Position numbers and translations under genes: made by a program. Shown here piece after piece: positions 1-10,341 of a stretch of 64,000 bases of DNA; position 1 is the first letter of the stretch; the number at the start of each line of letters is the position of its first letter. The DNA comes from a virus. The stretch spans positions 1 through 64,000 of IMG/VR virus record IMGVR_UViG_3300043418_000120; one strand, 5' to 3'. A model generated the notes under the pieces. That model saw only the letters and a list, made by a program, of their open reading frames with translations, was not told where the DNA came from and did no database searches.

Positions 1-317
1 CTGCTGTGCAAGAATCGCACACAATCACTGACGTGAACCAGAAGAACCAAGCTAGCATCGAAGACAGCCTATACTTCCGTATCCTTCCAGATACAACTAT
101 CGGCGGTGATGCTACAACTTATGGTGGTAACTATCCTCTGGCAACAGGTAAGGGACAGTTGACATACAGTGACGATGACACTAAATACATTGACCACTCG
201 TTTACTGTTGACAACCTAGATGCGTTCAATACTGCGGTGATCAAGATCGTTATGCGCTCTCGTAACCCAGCCTTCGTGTCTAAGGTGAAAGACCTTCGTA
301 TTATTGCTACTGCCTAA
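1..317 (+). CDS. 3' end of a large virion structural protein (VrlC/DUF4815-like baseplate-associated protein); 5'-truncated
   Basis: Frame is open to the window edge; C-terminus F..AVIKIVMRS.NPAFVSKVKDLRIIATA resembles the ends of large structural proteins in T4-like cyanophage-type genomes. Confidence 0.6.
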   Translation, partial: AVQESHTITDVNQKNQASIEDSLYFRILPDTTIGGDATTYGGNYPLATGKGQLTYSDDDTKYIDHSFTVDNLDAFNTAVIKIVMRSRNPAFVSKVKDLRIIATA

Positions 318-538
318 TGAATATTGTCCAAACTGATGAACCACACCTAGTCAAGAATACCGAGACTGGTGTGGTCCTAAATACTAATAAGACTGCGTAT
401 GAGAACTATCTTGCTCAGCGTGCTGCTAATGAGGCCAAGCGCCAACAAGTAGCTACGATTGAGCAAGAAGTCGACCAGTTAAAGGACGACGTTGCTGAAA
501 TCAAGCATCTGTTAAAACTACTATTAGAAAAGAAATAA
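317..538 (+). CDS. conserved hypothetical coiled-coil protein
   Basis: TAATG coupling; LVKNTETGVVLNTN...LKDDVAEIKHLLKLLL pattern typical of the gene after the VrlC-like gene. Confidence 0.7.
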   Translation: MNIVQTDEPHLVKNTETGVVLNTNKTAYENYLAQRAANEAKRQQVATIEQEVDQLKDDVAEIKHLLKLLLEKK

Positions 539-539
539 A

Positions 540-878
540 ATGGCAATAGTACAAGCACTCTACATGGACCAGGGAACAGATTTTTCCACTGGTATCACAT
601 TGTATGCTGACAACGGTATTCTCCCGCTCGATCTGACTGGGTACTCGTTCAAAGCACAAATGCGAAAGTCCTACTCTTCCTCAACAGCCTATACATTTAC
701 ATGTACAATTGGGAGTCCAACTACTGGACAGATTATTCTGACGATGGATTCGGCGGTCACAACTACCGTTAAATCTGGTCGTTATCTTTATGATATCGAG
801 ATGGTGGATTCCACTGGATATAAGTCGCGTCCAGTAGAAGGCGTTGTTATCGTATCGCCTCAGATTACTCAGATCTAA
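540..878 (+). CDS. small virion structural protein (BppU-like Ig fold)
   Basis: DQGTDF...DLTGY...AQMRKSY...GRYLYDIE...EGVVIVSPQIT motif set, common in T4-like virion clusters. Confidence 0.7.
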   Translation: MAIVQALYMDQGTDFSTGITLYADNGILPLDLTGYSFKAQMRKSYSSSTAYTFTCTIGSPTTGQIILTMDSAVTTTVKSGRYLYDIEMVDSTGYKSRPVEGVVIVSPQITQI

Positions 879-883
879 TCACT

Positions 884-929
884 AGAAACCCAACACTGTT
901 ATTATACAAGATAGCAGAATTATTGTCAA
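884..929 (-). promoter_or_regulatory. antisense sigma70 promoter with conserved 17-nt leader (copy A)
   Basis: Minus strand reads TTGACA-17nt-TATAAT-AACAGTGTTGGGTTTCT; same leader at 28514-28530 (-) and 51941-51957 (+). Confidence 0.75.
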
Positions 930-935
930 ATTTAA

Positions 936-3900
936 ATGTCAAATGCTAAGGGAACAGGAATCGGCAAGGCAAGTAACCAAGTTACAAAGGTTACGGCTAC
1001 ATCTCGTTCCGAAGCCAACGCAGTTGCTCAAGACCTAAGACGCTCGGTTCAGAAAGCAGTTGCTATGCCAGCTGCAGCTGTTCGAGCAGCCATGGCACAA
1101 AACCTTTCGGGAGCTGTTGCTGCCAAGGTTGCATATGATGTTCTAAGCCGATTCCTATCGCTTATCGAATCTGGTGTTGCCATCGACAAGGCAATGCTCA
1201 AGACTACCAAAGCTGCCATTGACACTGCTCACTCTAGCGATGGTATTCTATACAAGAAGGTCACTAAAGCCTTCAATGATATCTCTCACCTCAACGATGT
1301 TCTTGTTCGCGTAGTTAGCTACAACAGAACCTTTGCTGAGGCGACACATTCTGTTGACCAACCAGCCAAGAAACTATCGAAGACAAAGCCAGACACTGCG
1401 CATTCTTCGGATGCGCGCACAGTTGTTCTTGGTAAGCTCAAATCGGAATCCCTACAACTCTCAGAGAATTTTGCCAAGGTAGTTTCCTTTAAGAGACTAG
1501 CTGCTGATCCAGTCACACTTACTGAACTGGCTCTGAAGAAAATCACCAAAGGTAATGCTGATACAGCTGCCTTGGTTGAAAGTAAAACAAAGACAATTAG
1601 TAAACCGAAGGTTGAGATAATCAACCTTGCTGAACTGAAGAAGCTGAACTTCGGTAAGGTTGCCAATGAAATTCTGAGCACAAACGATGCTCGTCGCTTG
1701 CTGTTTACCAAGAAGATCAACGACTTCATCTCTGTTCTTGAATCCAGCGATGTTCGAATGGCAGCGGCCAACTATGGCAATAGCGGTGTCGATCTTGGTC
1801 ATATCTCTGATCAATTATCACGTCTGGTCTCTTTCGTAAGACTCTTCTCTGACGCAGCAAAAGCTCAAGAAACAACGAAACGAACGCTACAAAAGCGTCT
1901 TTCTGAGACTCCAAGAGCCACTGACAGAGTGACGCATGTGATGACGTTCAACCGTCTATTCACAGACACGTCTCACTCTACAGATGTGTTTAAACGTGTT
2001 ATTTCCTACAACCGAACAAAGAACGATGTTGCGCGATCAACAGATGCTGCTAAACGCACTGTCAATAAAGGCGCATTCGTTCGAACAGCCACTTCGGTTG
2101 ACTCATATTCGCGCAAGTTTACCAAGGCGAAAGCTGATATTGGCCGAGCAACTGATTCGTTCTCACGTCTTGTTACATTCAATCGCTCGTTCAATTCGAC
2201 TGCCACTTCAACGCACTCAATTGACGTTGTCGCTTTGGTCAAGAGCTTCAACAGAACATTTACTGAAGTTCCAAAGGCAGCTGACTCATTTGTTCGTTAT
2301 GTTTCTTACAAGCGTTTCTATACCGACACAGGCGCAGCGGCTGACAGCTTCTCGAAGGTTGTTACATACAACCGCAGCAAGCAAGACATTAGCACTGCGC
2401 TAGACGCATTCGCGAAGGTTGTTGAGTTCAACCGTACAAAGAGCGATGCGTCAACAGCCTCTGATAGTTTCAGTAAGGTATTGTTTGCGCCACGTTTGCG
2501 CCAAGATACATCAAGAGCTACTGATTTAATTACCGCAAAGGTAATCACGAAACGTCTAGAGTCATTGCTGCGAGCCAGCGATGATATGCGCATTAGCAGC
2601 TTCAACCATCCAGGCACATTCCCACCAGCGGATCGCCCAAGAGTTGCTGATCAATTCCGTAAATTTGTTTCGTTCATTCGTTCAGTTACTGATGTTGCTA
2701 AAGCGCAAGAGACAATCTCTAAGTCTCAAATCAAATCTGTTGGTGACAGCATTAGCTATGTCTGGGAAGATTACAACGAAACAAGTTATATCCTTGAGTT
2801 GCTACAGGGATATACGCCAGTTAGAACGGACAAGGTTCGTACAACTGAAACAACACCTAAGACGCTATCGAAGCGCATCCCTTACCAAGTTACATACTAT
2901 CCAGATTCTACATGGACTGACTATAACGAACTGTCGCTTGGCACTACCGTTGACCAAGAGCTTGTTCAAGAAGCATGGAATGTTCCATATACATTAGACT
3001 CTGACCTTGCTCGCCCAACAGATATCTTCACAAAGGTAGTCAACTACAGCCGACCAACTGCTGAAGTAATGACAGCGCCAGATGTTATGGGTAAACAGAT
3101 TGCTCGTACTGTTGGTGACAATCGCTCTAACACGTTCAACGACTTTGCTGATATTGCTTACTCGAACGAGTACTACTCAGGAGCAGGTGGTTATGGCGCG
3201 ACCATTACAATCACCAACAACTATCCTACTTACACAGTATCAGTAACAAACGCTGGATACAATTATACAGTTGGTCAACCATTCTCCATCCTCGTTGATG
3301 GAGGCGAGCCTTGCTCATTCACCGTGGCTACCATCAACGGTAATGGTGGTATTCTAACTGTTACTGGCGTGTCGGGTAAGCCACCTGTTGTTGCCACAAC
3401 AATCAAGAGTGGTTACTGGAACGACTTCGCTGAATTGACAATGGGTCTTGGTACTCTTGATCAATACACAGCACAATACAATGGTATCGTAATTAACTAT
3501 GTCTATCCTGGTCCATTCGCTGGTCAGAATGTTGGACCCGCTGTTCCTCTTCGCCGTAGCGTTATCGGCCAAGACTTGTTGTTTACTACAACTCCACGTT
3601 CTGATGGAGATAGTGCTAAGGGCGTCGACGCAGTTGGAAAGACAATTACTAAAGACGCAAGAATCTTTGTTCCTCAAGGCTTCTGGAATGACTTCGCGGA
3701 TTTGTCGTTCGGTAATGGTAGTGGTCTAGACCAAGAGCTGATTCAAAACTTCGCAACATCGAAACCAGAAAGTGTTTCTGTTGTTGGTGCAATGTCAGTT
3801 GCTACGCTGGGTCCAACAAAACGCAACCGCGACGAAGCGTTCGCGCAAGACGCGACGCCAAAGAAACTATCTAAGGGTACATTCGCTGAGCCTCTTGGTG

Positions 3901-6152
3901 CCAACGAAACCTTTGCTAAATTCTACGCTAAGTCTGCTGGTAAGTGGACACTGCAGGTATGGAATGACTTCGTAGATTACACCCACAACTTGCTTGAGAT
4001 GTCTCTAGACAATCAAGGCAACTACGAACTGATTCTTCTGCCTGAAACACTTGCTAAGAACGTATCTAAGCAAATGGTCTTCCCTCAATATGTGTGGAGA
4101 GACTATAACGAGTTGACATTTGGTTCTACTAATGACCAAGAACTTGTTGTCACATGGGCATCTACAGATAGCAGCGATATCTCTAGAGTGATGGACGATG
4201 CTCGTCGTAGCATCCAACCCAACAAGTCTGACACAATCAGTCTCGGCGAAGACAAGAGTAAAGAAATTACACTTGGTGCCATCGGTGATTCGCGCAACCC
4301 ATCAACGTTCCGTGACTACTTGGGTCTGTTCCCAGTTGGCTATACTGGCAGCAATGCTGTTCAAGATGAAGAACTGTTGCTGAAACTACATCCAGGCGAT
4401 CGTACGGACTTTGCTAAGATTGCTGACGCAGCGCCTAAGACATTTACAAAAGTTCCAGTAATCACGGTAAAGCCTTTCTGGTCGGACTTCAACGACTTGA
4501 CGTTTGGTACAACATACGACCAAGACCTACTACAGTTCCAAGATACTGTTCGTCCTGAAACATCAGTGGCTGCTGACTTGTTCCGTCGTGTCTTTACTGC
4601 TAAACGTACGTTCGCAGATGCGGTTATGGTTAAGGACTCGATGTTGTTGTCTGTCAATGGTGGACCCCTCTTCACATTGATTGACCGCAACGTTGATGTT
4701 GCTCGCTCAGCAGAAACGCAATCTCGTTTCTTATTGAAAGGCGTTGGTAATGTTAAGTCTTACTACAGTAATTGGTACGACTTCGCCGAGCTAGAAGCAG
4801 CAACTGAACTTGCTCAATATTACTCACGCCCAATCGACTCTACTCTTGATACAGGTAAGTTGGTCGACGTTAAGAAGCAAACCTTCTACAAACAAGCTGG
4901 TCGTGTTCAGAACATTCTGAACTACTTCGACACAGACTTGTACTACGATCGCGATCTGATCCAACAATTCGCCAACGACTATGTAACTGAAATTGGTTTG
5001 GCAACAGACAACTTTATCCGTGTTATCTCGCCGAAGAAGACTGAAGTATTAACTGCTCCTGATGTTAAGTCGTTTGAGATTACTAAGAGTACTGTTGGCG
5101 ACACATCAGTAAGCGTTTGGGCAGACTATCTTGACTTGTGGTTGGCAGATACAACCAACAAAATGCCAACGTACAAGATTGATACGTTGACGGTTCGCGA
5201 AGCCCACCCAATTACATATACAAAGAAAGCTGGTTCGAATCAATACCGTATCTTTGATGACATCTTCGGTTCGTTTATTTACACAGAACTCGAAGAGTTG
5301 GGCTCTACGCCTTACCGCAATGATATTGTGTCGGTTCGTGAGACGTTCACTCGCACATTCAATGCTGGTCGTACAAAGGCTGAGCCTTTGCAAGCTGCAG
5401 ATTCTGCGCCAAAGGCACTATCCAAGGGAACAAAGGCAGAACAGCAGTGGGCTCATGATACATCAGCTAAGACATACACCAAAGTTGGTGGCGCCAATGT
5501 GTTCAATATCTGGTCAGATTTTGCTGAGCTAGATCCACAACTTGAACTGGCTCAGTACTACCCAGACTATCGCCTTGAATATCTGAAGTCGATTGACGTT
5601 CGTGTCAACAAACTGACAAAGGCTCGTAGCGATATCGCTCTATCGGCTGATGCTGCTACGTTGAAGCCAAATAAAGGGCTATCTGAAACGCCAACAATGC
5701 TCGAAGGTATTGGTAAGTTCGCCAATATCGCTCAGGTTGGTAACTCAACACTGACAAGCTGGTACGATTCTAACGAAATTACCAGCTATGACCCAACTTT
5801 GATGACGTATGGTCAGGTTAAGACTATCCGTTTCGACAAAGTTACATACTCAGACACTGTTGGACGTCAGTTCAATAAGACTGCAGGTAAGTATAAGACA
5901 AGTATCTGGACTGACTTCTTGGAGCTAGACAGCTCTCAGGATCTAGCCCAGTACTATCCACCGTATGTAACCGAAATGCTGCGCACTGCAGACGGTTCTA
6001 CAAGACGTCTAAATAAAGGATTGAGCGAAAATCCAGTGAGCGCTGACTCGGGCACGGTAAGAGTGTTTGACAATGACTCTTATTTTATTGATTCGTCGCC
6101 CTATTATGCTGAGGATTACATGTCAGATGGCATTACAACCTCAACATTCTAA
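936..6152 (+). CDS. 1738-aa repeat-rich putative fibrous virion protein
   Basis: ~19-aa repeats (FxRxVSYNRxFxDxAxAxD-like) plus ~16 inserted WxDF/YxEL...DQELxQYY motifs; lies in the late structural cluster. Confidence 0.75.
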   Translation: MSNAKGTGIGKASNQVTKVTATSRSEANAVAQDLRRSVQKAVAMPAAAVRAAMAQNLSGAVAAKVAYDVLSRFLSLIESGVAIDKAMLKTTKAAIDTAHSSDGILYKKVTKAFNDISHLNDVLVRVVSYNRTFAEATHSVDQPAKKLSKTKPDTAHSSDARTVVLGKLKSESLQLSENFAKVVSFKRLAADPVTLTELALKKITKGNADTAALVESKTKTISKPKVEIINLAELKKLNFGKVANEILSTNDARRLLFTKKINDFISVLESSDVRMAAANYGNSGVDLGHISDQLSRLVSFVRLFSDAAKAQETTKRTLQKRLSETPRATDRVTHVMTFNRLFTDTSHSTDVFKRVISYNRTKNDVARSTDAAKRTVNKGAFVRTATSVDSYSRKFTKAKADIGRATDSFSRLVTFNRSFNSTATSTHSIDVVALVKSFNRTFTEVPKAADSFVRYVSYKRFYTDTGAAADSFSKVVTYNRSKQDISTALDAFAKVVEFNRTKSDASTASDSFSKVLFAPRLRQDTSRATDLITAKVITKRLESLLRASDDMRISSFNHPGTFPPADRPRVADQFRKFVSFIRSVTDVAKAQETISKSQIKSVGDSISYVWEDYNETSYILELLQGYTPVRTDKVRTTETTPKTLSKRIPYQVTYYPDSTWTDYNELSLGTTVDQELVQEAWNVPYTLDSDLARPTDIFTKVVNYSRPTAEVMTAPDVMGKQIARTVGDNRSNTFNDFADIAYSNEYYSGAGGYGATITITNNYPTYTVSVTNAGYNYTVGQPFSILVDGGEPCSFTVATINGNGGILTVTGVSGKPPVVATTIKSGYWNDFAELTMGLGTLDQYTAQYNGIVINYVYPGPFAGQNVGPAVPLRRSVIGQDLLFTTTPRSDGDSAKGVDAVGKTITKDARIFVPQGFWNDFADLSFGNGSGLDQELIQNFATSKPESVSVVGAMSVATLGPTKRNRDEAFAQDATPKKLSKGTFAEPLGANETFAKFYAKSAGKWTLQVWNDFVDYTHNLLEMSLDNQGNYELILLPETLAKNVSKQMVFPQYVWRDYNELTFGSTNDQELVVTWASTDSSDISRVMDDARRSIQPNKSDTISLGEDKSKEITLGAIGDSRNPSTFRDYLGLFPVGYTGSNAVQDEELLLKLHPGDRTDFAKIADAAPKTFTKVPVITVKPFWSDFNDLTFGTTYDQDLLQFQDTVRPETSVAADLFRRVFTAKRTFADAVMVKDSMLLSVNGGPLFTLIDRNVDVARSAETQSRFLLKGVGNVKSYYSNWYDFAELEAATELAQYYSRPIDSTLDTGKLVDVKKQTFYKQAGRVQNILNYFDTDLYYDRDLIQQFANDYVTEIGLATDNFIRVISPKKTEVLTAPDVKSFEITKSTVGDTSVSVWADYLDLWLADTTNKMPTYKIDTLTVREAHPITYTKKAGSNQYRIFDDIFGSFIYTELEELGSTPYRNDIVSVRETFTRTFNAGRTKAEPLQAADSAPKALSKGTKAEQQWAHDTSAKTYTKVGGANVFNIWSDFAELDPQLELAQYYPDYRLEYLKSIDVRVNKLTKARSDIALSADAATLKPNKGLSETPTMLEGIGKFANIAQVGNSTLTSWYDSNEITSYDPTLMTYGQVKTIRFDKVTYSDTVGRQFNKTAGKYKTSIWTDFLELDSSQDLAQYYPPYVTEMLRTADGSTRRLNKGLSENPVSADSGTVRVFDNDSYFIDSSPYYAEDYMSDGITTSTF

Positions 6153-6156
6153 ACAT

Positions 6157-6164
6157 TATAAATA
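6157..6164 (+). promoter_or_regulatory. T4-type late promoter
   Basis: TATAAATA upstream of the AGGAG RBS and the ATG at 6213. Confidence 0.75.
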
Positions 6165-6212
6165 AACCAGTAGAAATTTGATTCCTACCATAGATCTAAG
6201 GAGAAAAAAACA

Positions 6213-6680
6213 ATGATTTACGAAGACATGACAGCGGTTGGTCGCCTGACGATTCAGGTAATTGGACCAGACGGCACTGTTAAAGAAGAAAAACAAGTTA
6301 AGAACTTGGTTGTAGATTCTGGCAAGACATTTATTGCTGCTTCTATGTTGAAGACTACAACAAACTCGCCAGCTGCTATGACGCATATGGCTATCGGTAC
6401 AAACGGTACTGCTGCAGCTGCTGGTGATACGGCTCTGGGTGGTGAAGTTGGTACACGTGTTACGTTCTCACCTGCTGCGTCTAACGCAAGCAACGTGGTA
6501 ACATACGTTGGTACATTCCTACCTAACAACCCTGCTACTTCGCAAGGTATCCAAGAAGCTGCTATTTTCAATGGTTCTTCTGGTGGTACAATGTTGTGTC
6601 GTACAACTTTCAGCGTTGTTAACAAAGACCCAGCTGACACATTGGCTATCACTTGGACAATCACAATCAACGCGCCTTAA
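6213..6680 (+). CDS. virion structural protein (tail-fibre/collar-associated beta-sandwich)
   Basis: NLVVDSGK...MTHMAIGT...DTAL..E...EAAIFN....GTMLCRT.FSVVNK...DTL.ITWTIT family pattern. Confidence 0.7.
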   Translation: MIYEDMTAVGRLTIQVIGPDGTVKEEKQVKNLVVDSGKTFIAASMLKTTTNSPAAMTHMAIGTNGTAAAAGDTALGGEVGTRVTFSPAASNASNVVTYVGTFLPNNPATSQGIQEAAIFNGSSGGTMLCRTTFSVVNKDPADTLAITWTITINAP

Positions 6681-6694
6681 TATAAGGATTTGAT

Positions 6695-7159
6695 GTGACT
6701 GGACTAACGCTACGACAGTTAAGTAACGCAGGGGATTTCACTAAGGGATCCCCTCTTACTAATTCCGAGGGTGATCAAAACCTGATCACGTTGAAGGAAG
6801 GCGCAACTGTAACTGTGTTGGACGATCTGACGACAGCTTTTGATGGTATTACGAAGCAATTTTCATTGACATCGAACTCTATACCAGTATATGCTACAAG
6901 CCCCCACGCACTGCTGATCTCATTGGGTAACCTGATGCTTCAGCCGTACGTGGTCAACACTTATGAGCAGTATGTTTTCCCACAAGAAGTAGATGTTACG
7001 TTGAAAGGTAATTACACAATTACTGACAACATTATTACATTTACAGACGCCCCACTCTCCTCTCAGAAATTCTATGGAAGAGTACTTGGTAAGTTTGTCA
7101 ATGAGACTGATACAATTGCACGAAATATCTTCAAAGCGCTCCCAGTCGTGCTTTCCTGA
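6695..7159 (+). CDS. virion structural protein with fibre-type N-terminal anchor motif
   Basis: N-terminal LTLR...KGSPLTNSE.DQN motif seen in phage fibres; DDL...FDG..KQF.L...ITFTDAP domain. Confidence 0.6.
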   Translation: MTGLTLRQLSNAGDFTKGSPLTNSEGDQNLITLKEGATVTVLDDLTTAFDGITKQFSLTSNSIPVYATSPHALLISLGNLMLQPYVVNTYEQYVFPQEVDVTLKGNYTITDNIITFTDAPLSSQKFYGRVLGKFVNETDTIARNIFKALPVVLS

Positions 7160-7162
7160 TCA

Positions 7163-7170
7163 ACTAAATA
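7163..7170 (+). promoter_or_regulatory. late promoter variant ACTAAATA
   Basis: Same motif precedes g18 (19404) and nadM (58120); CCTAAATA precedes g19. Confidence 0.6.
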
Positions 7171-7202
7171 AAAGAACTTGGACCTAATCAACGGAGACTA
7201 AT

Positions 7203-10200
7203 ATGGCAAGAAACGTCCTACCTGATCAATATTACACATTCAATCCATCAACACGTACAATTACTCTTAGCCGTGCGGTTAAGCGTGAACAACTGTTGTT
7301 GATTACGAACGTGACAACAAATACTGTAATCTATAACTTCAGCGACCCAAACCTGAAGGCTACTAGCTATACCAACACATCAGGTGGTGTTGCGGCAAGT
7401 GGATCGGCAAGCGATGCGATTACAACTGTAGTTTTGAACTACAACACTTCATCAATGAACGCAGCCGACAAGTTGCAAATCATTGTTGACGAATACGAAA
7501 GCAAATTTGTTCCAGGCGAAACGCTAACTGACCCAGTGGGTAAGTTCCGTACTTCGGTTGGCCAAGCTCTTATCGATACCGACTTTGAATATGGCCTACA
7601 GCCAACTAAGTGGGAAATGCTAAGTCTTGTGAACAACAAGCAATCTATGTTTGTTAACTTGGACCGCCCTAACTTCGGTCGCGACCAAGCTGCAGCTACA
7701 ACTATCTCTAGCATTACTGCTACAAACGGTTCTCGCTTCATCCAAGTTACTGTCGGTTCTGCTGCTGGTTTCGCTATCGGTCAAGGTATCTTCATTCAAG
7801 ATTCTTACTGGGCTCCAGCTAACGGCTTCTTCATCATTGAAGCTCTAAGCTCAAACACTTTCACTTACCGCGCTCGCGAAACATGGGTGACTGGTTCTAC
7901 ACCAACAACAGCATTGTACGATGCTGACTTGCCAACTCAAATCTTTGACGCTCCGCAGTTCACTGGTGTTGGTTTCGGTGGTACAGTTTCTGCTGCTGTT
8001 TCTGGCCAAGCCGTTACAGTTACAACAACAAACCCACACGGCTTGTATGTTGGTAACGACATTATGATGGTCAACAACCAGAACTCTGGTACTACAGTTG
8101 CTGGTGTTGCTAACTCAACATATGGTAACCACCAAGTTGCTACAGTTCTAAACCCATTCCAGTTCGTGTACTACACTGACGCTACTGGTGGTACTGCTGG
8201 TACATTCGGTACTGACGCATTGGTTGCTAAGAACCACGGTAGCTCTATGCACCGCCCATTCGACGGTGGCGTAAACTTCTCGACAAACACTGGTTGGCAC
8301 GGTCAACAGATGATTCGTCAGACTCGTCGTTATTTCCGTTACCAATCTGGTAAGGGTATCCAATGTTCAACAGGTACTGCTCTGAAGACTCAGCTTTATG
8401 TTGACCAATTGAAGTCGTCAGGTTCTACAGTTACTGTGTTGACTAAGTTCCAACATGGTCTACAGCCAGGCATTAGCGTGAACATTGGTGGTTCAACTGA
8501 TACAGCATACAACGGCACATTTACTGTTGCTAACGTGCTTGACTCTTACCGCTTTACTTACATTGCTGGTTCTACACCTGCAAACACTGTAGCTCCAGGT
8601 AACGTATTCGCTACGATTTCTAGCTGGTACGGTGGTGTTAACCGCACAGGTATGTTTGATAACCAAAACGGTTTGTTCTTCGAATTTGATGGTCAACAAA
8701 TGTATGTTGTTCGTCGTAACTCGACTTACCAATTGGGTGGTTTCGCTTCTATCAACGCAAACAGTCACCAAGTAAACGGCTTCGCCCTAACTTCAGCTGT
8801 TGATTCTTCTGCTACTCCACAGTACAGCAAGCAATTGGCTCCTAACGACTACGTTGTTATCCGTGGTATGTCATACCGTGTTCTACACGTTATCGACGAT
8901 AGCACTTTCCACATTACTCCTCAGTACCGTGGTACATCTAACGCAACTAAAGTTGTTGTAAGCAAGACTCAAGAGTTCCGCGTGCCACAATCTCAGTGGA
9001 ACTTGGATCGTTGTGATGGTACAGGTCCATCGGGCTTCATCTTGGATCCAAACAAGATGCAAATGTACTACATCGACTACTCATGGTACGGCGCTGGTTG
9101 GGTACGTTTTGGTTTCCGTGCTGCTGATGGTAACATTGTTTACGTTCACAAGATCGTTAACAACAACCAAAACACCGAAGCCTACATGCGCTCTGGTAAC
9201 TTGCCAGCTCGTTACGAAACTAACACTTTCGCACCAAGCACAACAATCGTTTCTACTTTGAACAGTGGCGACACTTCTATCAGCGTTGCTGATACATCGA
9301 AGTTCCCATCTTCAGGTATCTTGATGGTTCGTTCAATGACTTCTACATCTGCTGGTCAGACAGAATTCATTAACTACACAAGCAAGTCGTCTAACACCTT
9401 CACAGGTCTAACACGTGGTCAAGCTGGCGCGTCATTGACGTTCACTGCTACTTCTGGTTCTACTGTGTTGTCTGGCGCTTCTACTGCTGGTGTTCAAATC
9501 GGTCAGTTCGTGTACACTGCAACTCCAGGCGAAATTCCACAAGGCGCATATGTTGTGTCGTTCGTGGCTAACACTTCAGTTACATTGAGCCGTGCTGTGA
9601 CTTCTTCTGGTTCTAAGACAGTGATCTTCGCGCCAATGGGTCAAACTGCTCAGACATTCGCTTACTCAGCGACTCGTCCAGTATCCGTTGAACTACACGC
9701 TCCATTCGTGGCAAGTACAATCCAACACTGGGGTACTTCTGTGATTATGGACGGTCGTTTCGATGACGATAAGTCGTTCGTGTTTACACGTGGTTCTACA
9801 ACAGCGTTCCCACTAGCAGCTTCGCTTGGTGTTACTAACGCTTTGATGTCGATCCGTGTTTCTCCAACTGTTTCTAACGGTAACGTGTCTTCGGTTCTTG
9901 GTTCTCGCGATCTGATCAACCGTATGCAAATGGTTCTTCGTCAGTTGGACATTTATACAAACGGTGCTGTTCTGGTAACATTGGTATTGAACGGTAAGCC
10001 TTCAACTAACAACACTTGGTTGAACCAAGGTGGTTCGAGCTTGGCTCAGTACTACATCTACGGTTCTGCTGCTACTGTGGTTGGTGGTGAAGTTATCGGT
10101 GGTTTCTATGTTAACCCTCCAGGTACTATCGGTTCAACTGCTTACACTGCTACGTCAATCGACTTGGCAATGGTTCGTGATATGGGCAACTCTATCACTG

Positions 10201-10334
10201 GTGGTGGTGCTGCTGGTACACAAACTCAGTACTACCCAGACGGTCCAGACGTGTTGACGATTATGGTGACTAACTTGACAGCTACCGCATCTAACGTATA
10301 CGGTCGTCTATCTTGGACTGAAGCTCAAGCCTAA
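7203..10334 (+). CDS. large virion structural/fibre protein, paralog 1
   Basis: Ser/Thr/Gly-rich beta protein; blocks LIDTDFEYG.QPTKWE, RQTRRYFRYQSGKG, MRSGNLPARYE, HWG.SVIMDGR.DDDKS and C-terminal RLSWTEAQA shared with 11842..15525. Confidence 0.75.
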   Translation: MARNVLPDQYYTFNPSTRTITLSRAVKREQLLLITNVTTNTVIYNFSDPNLKATSYTNTSGGVAASGSASDAITTVVLNYNTSSMNAADKLQIIVDEYESKFVPGETLTDPVGKFRTSVGQALIDTDFEYGLQPTKWEMLSLVNNKQSMFVNLDRPNFGRDQAAATTISSITATNGSRFIQVTVGSAAGFAIGQGIFIQDSYWAPANGFFIIEALSSNTFTYRARETWVTGSTPTTALYDADLPTQIFDAPQFTGVGFGGTVSAAVSGQAVTVTTTNPHGLYVGNDIMMVNNQNSGTTVAGVANSTYGNHQVATVLNPFQFVYYTDATGGTAGTFGTDALVAKNHGSSMHRPFDGGVNFSTNTGWHGQQMIRQTRRYFRYQSGKGIQCSTGTALKTQLYVDQLKSSGSTVTVLTKFQHGLQPGISVNIGGSTDTAYNGTFTVANVLDSYRFTYIAGSTPANTVAPGNVFATISSWYGGVNRTGMFDNQNGLFFEFDGQQMYVVRRNSTYQLGGFASINANSHQVNGFALTSAVDSSATPQYSKQLAPNDYVVIRGMSYRVLHVIDDSTFHITPQYRGTSNATKVVVSKTQEFRVPQSQWNLDRCDGTGPSGFILDPNKMQMYYIDYSWYGAGWVRFGFRAADGNIVYVHKIVNNNQNTEAYMRSGNLPARYETNTFAPSTTIVSTLNSGDTSISVADTSKFPSSGILMVRSMTSTSAGQTEFINYTSKSSNTFTGLTRGQAGASLTFTATSGSTVLSGASTAGVQIGQFVYTATPGEIPQGAYVVSFVANTSVTLSRAVTSSGSKTVIFAPMGQTAQTFAYSATRPVSVELHAPFVASTIQHWGTSVIMDGRFDDDKSFVFTRGSTTAFPLAASLGVTNALMSIRVSPTVSNGNVSSVLGSRDLINRMQMVLRQLDIYTNGAVLVTLVLNGKPSTNNTWLNQGGSSLAQYYIYGSAATVVGGEVIGGFYVNPPGTIGSTAYTATSIDLAMVRDMGNSITGGGAAGTQTQYYPDGPDVLTIMVTNLTATASNVYGRLSWTEAQA

Positions 10335-10341
10335 TGTAAAA

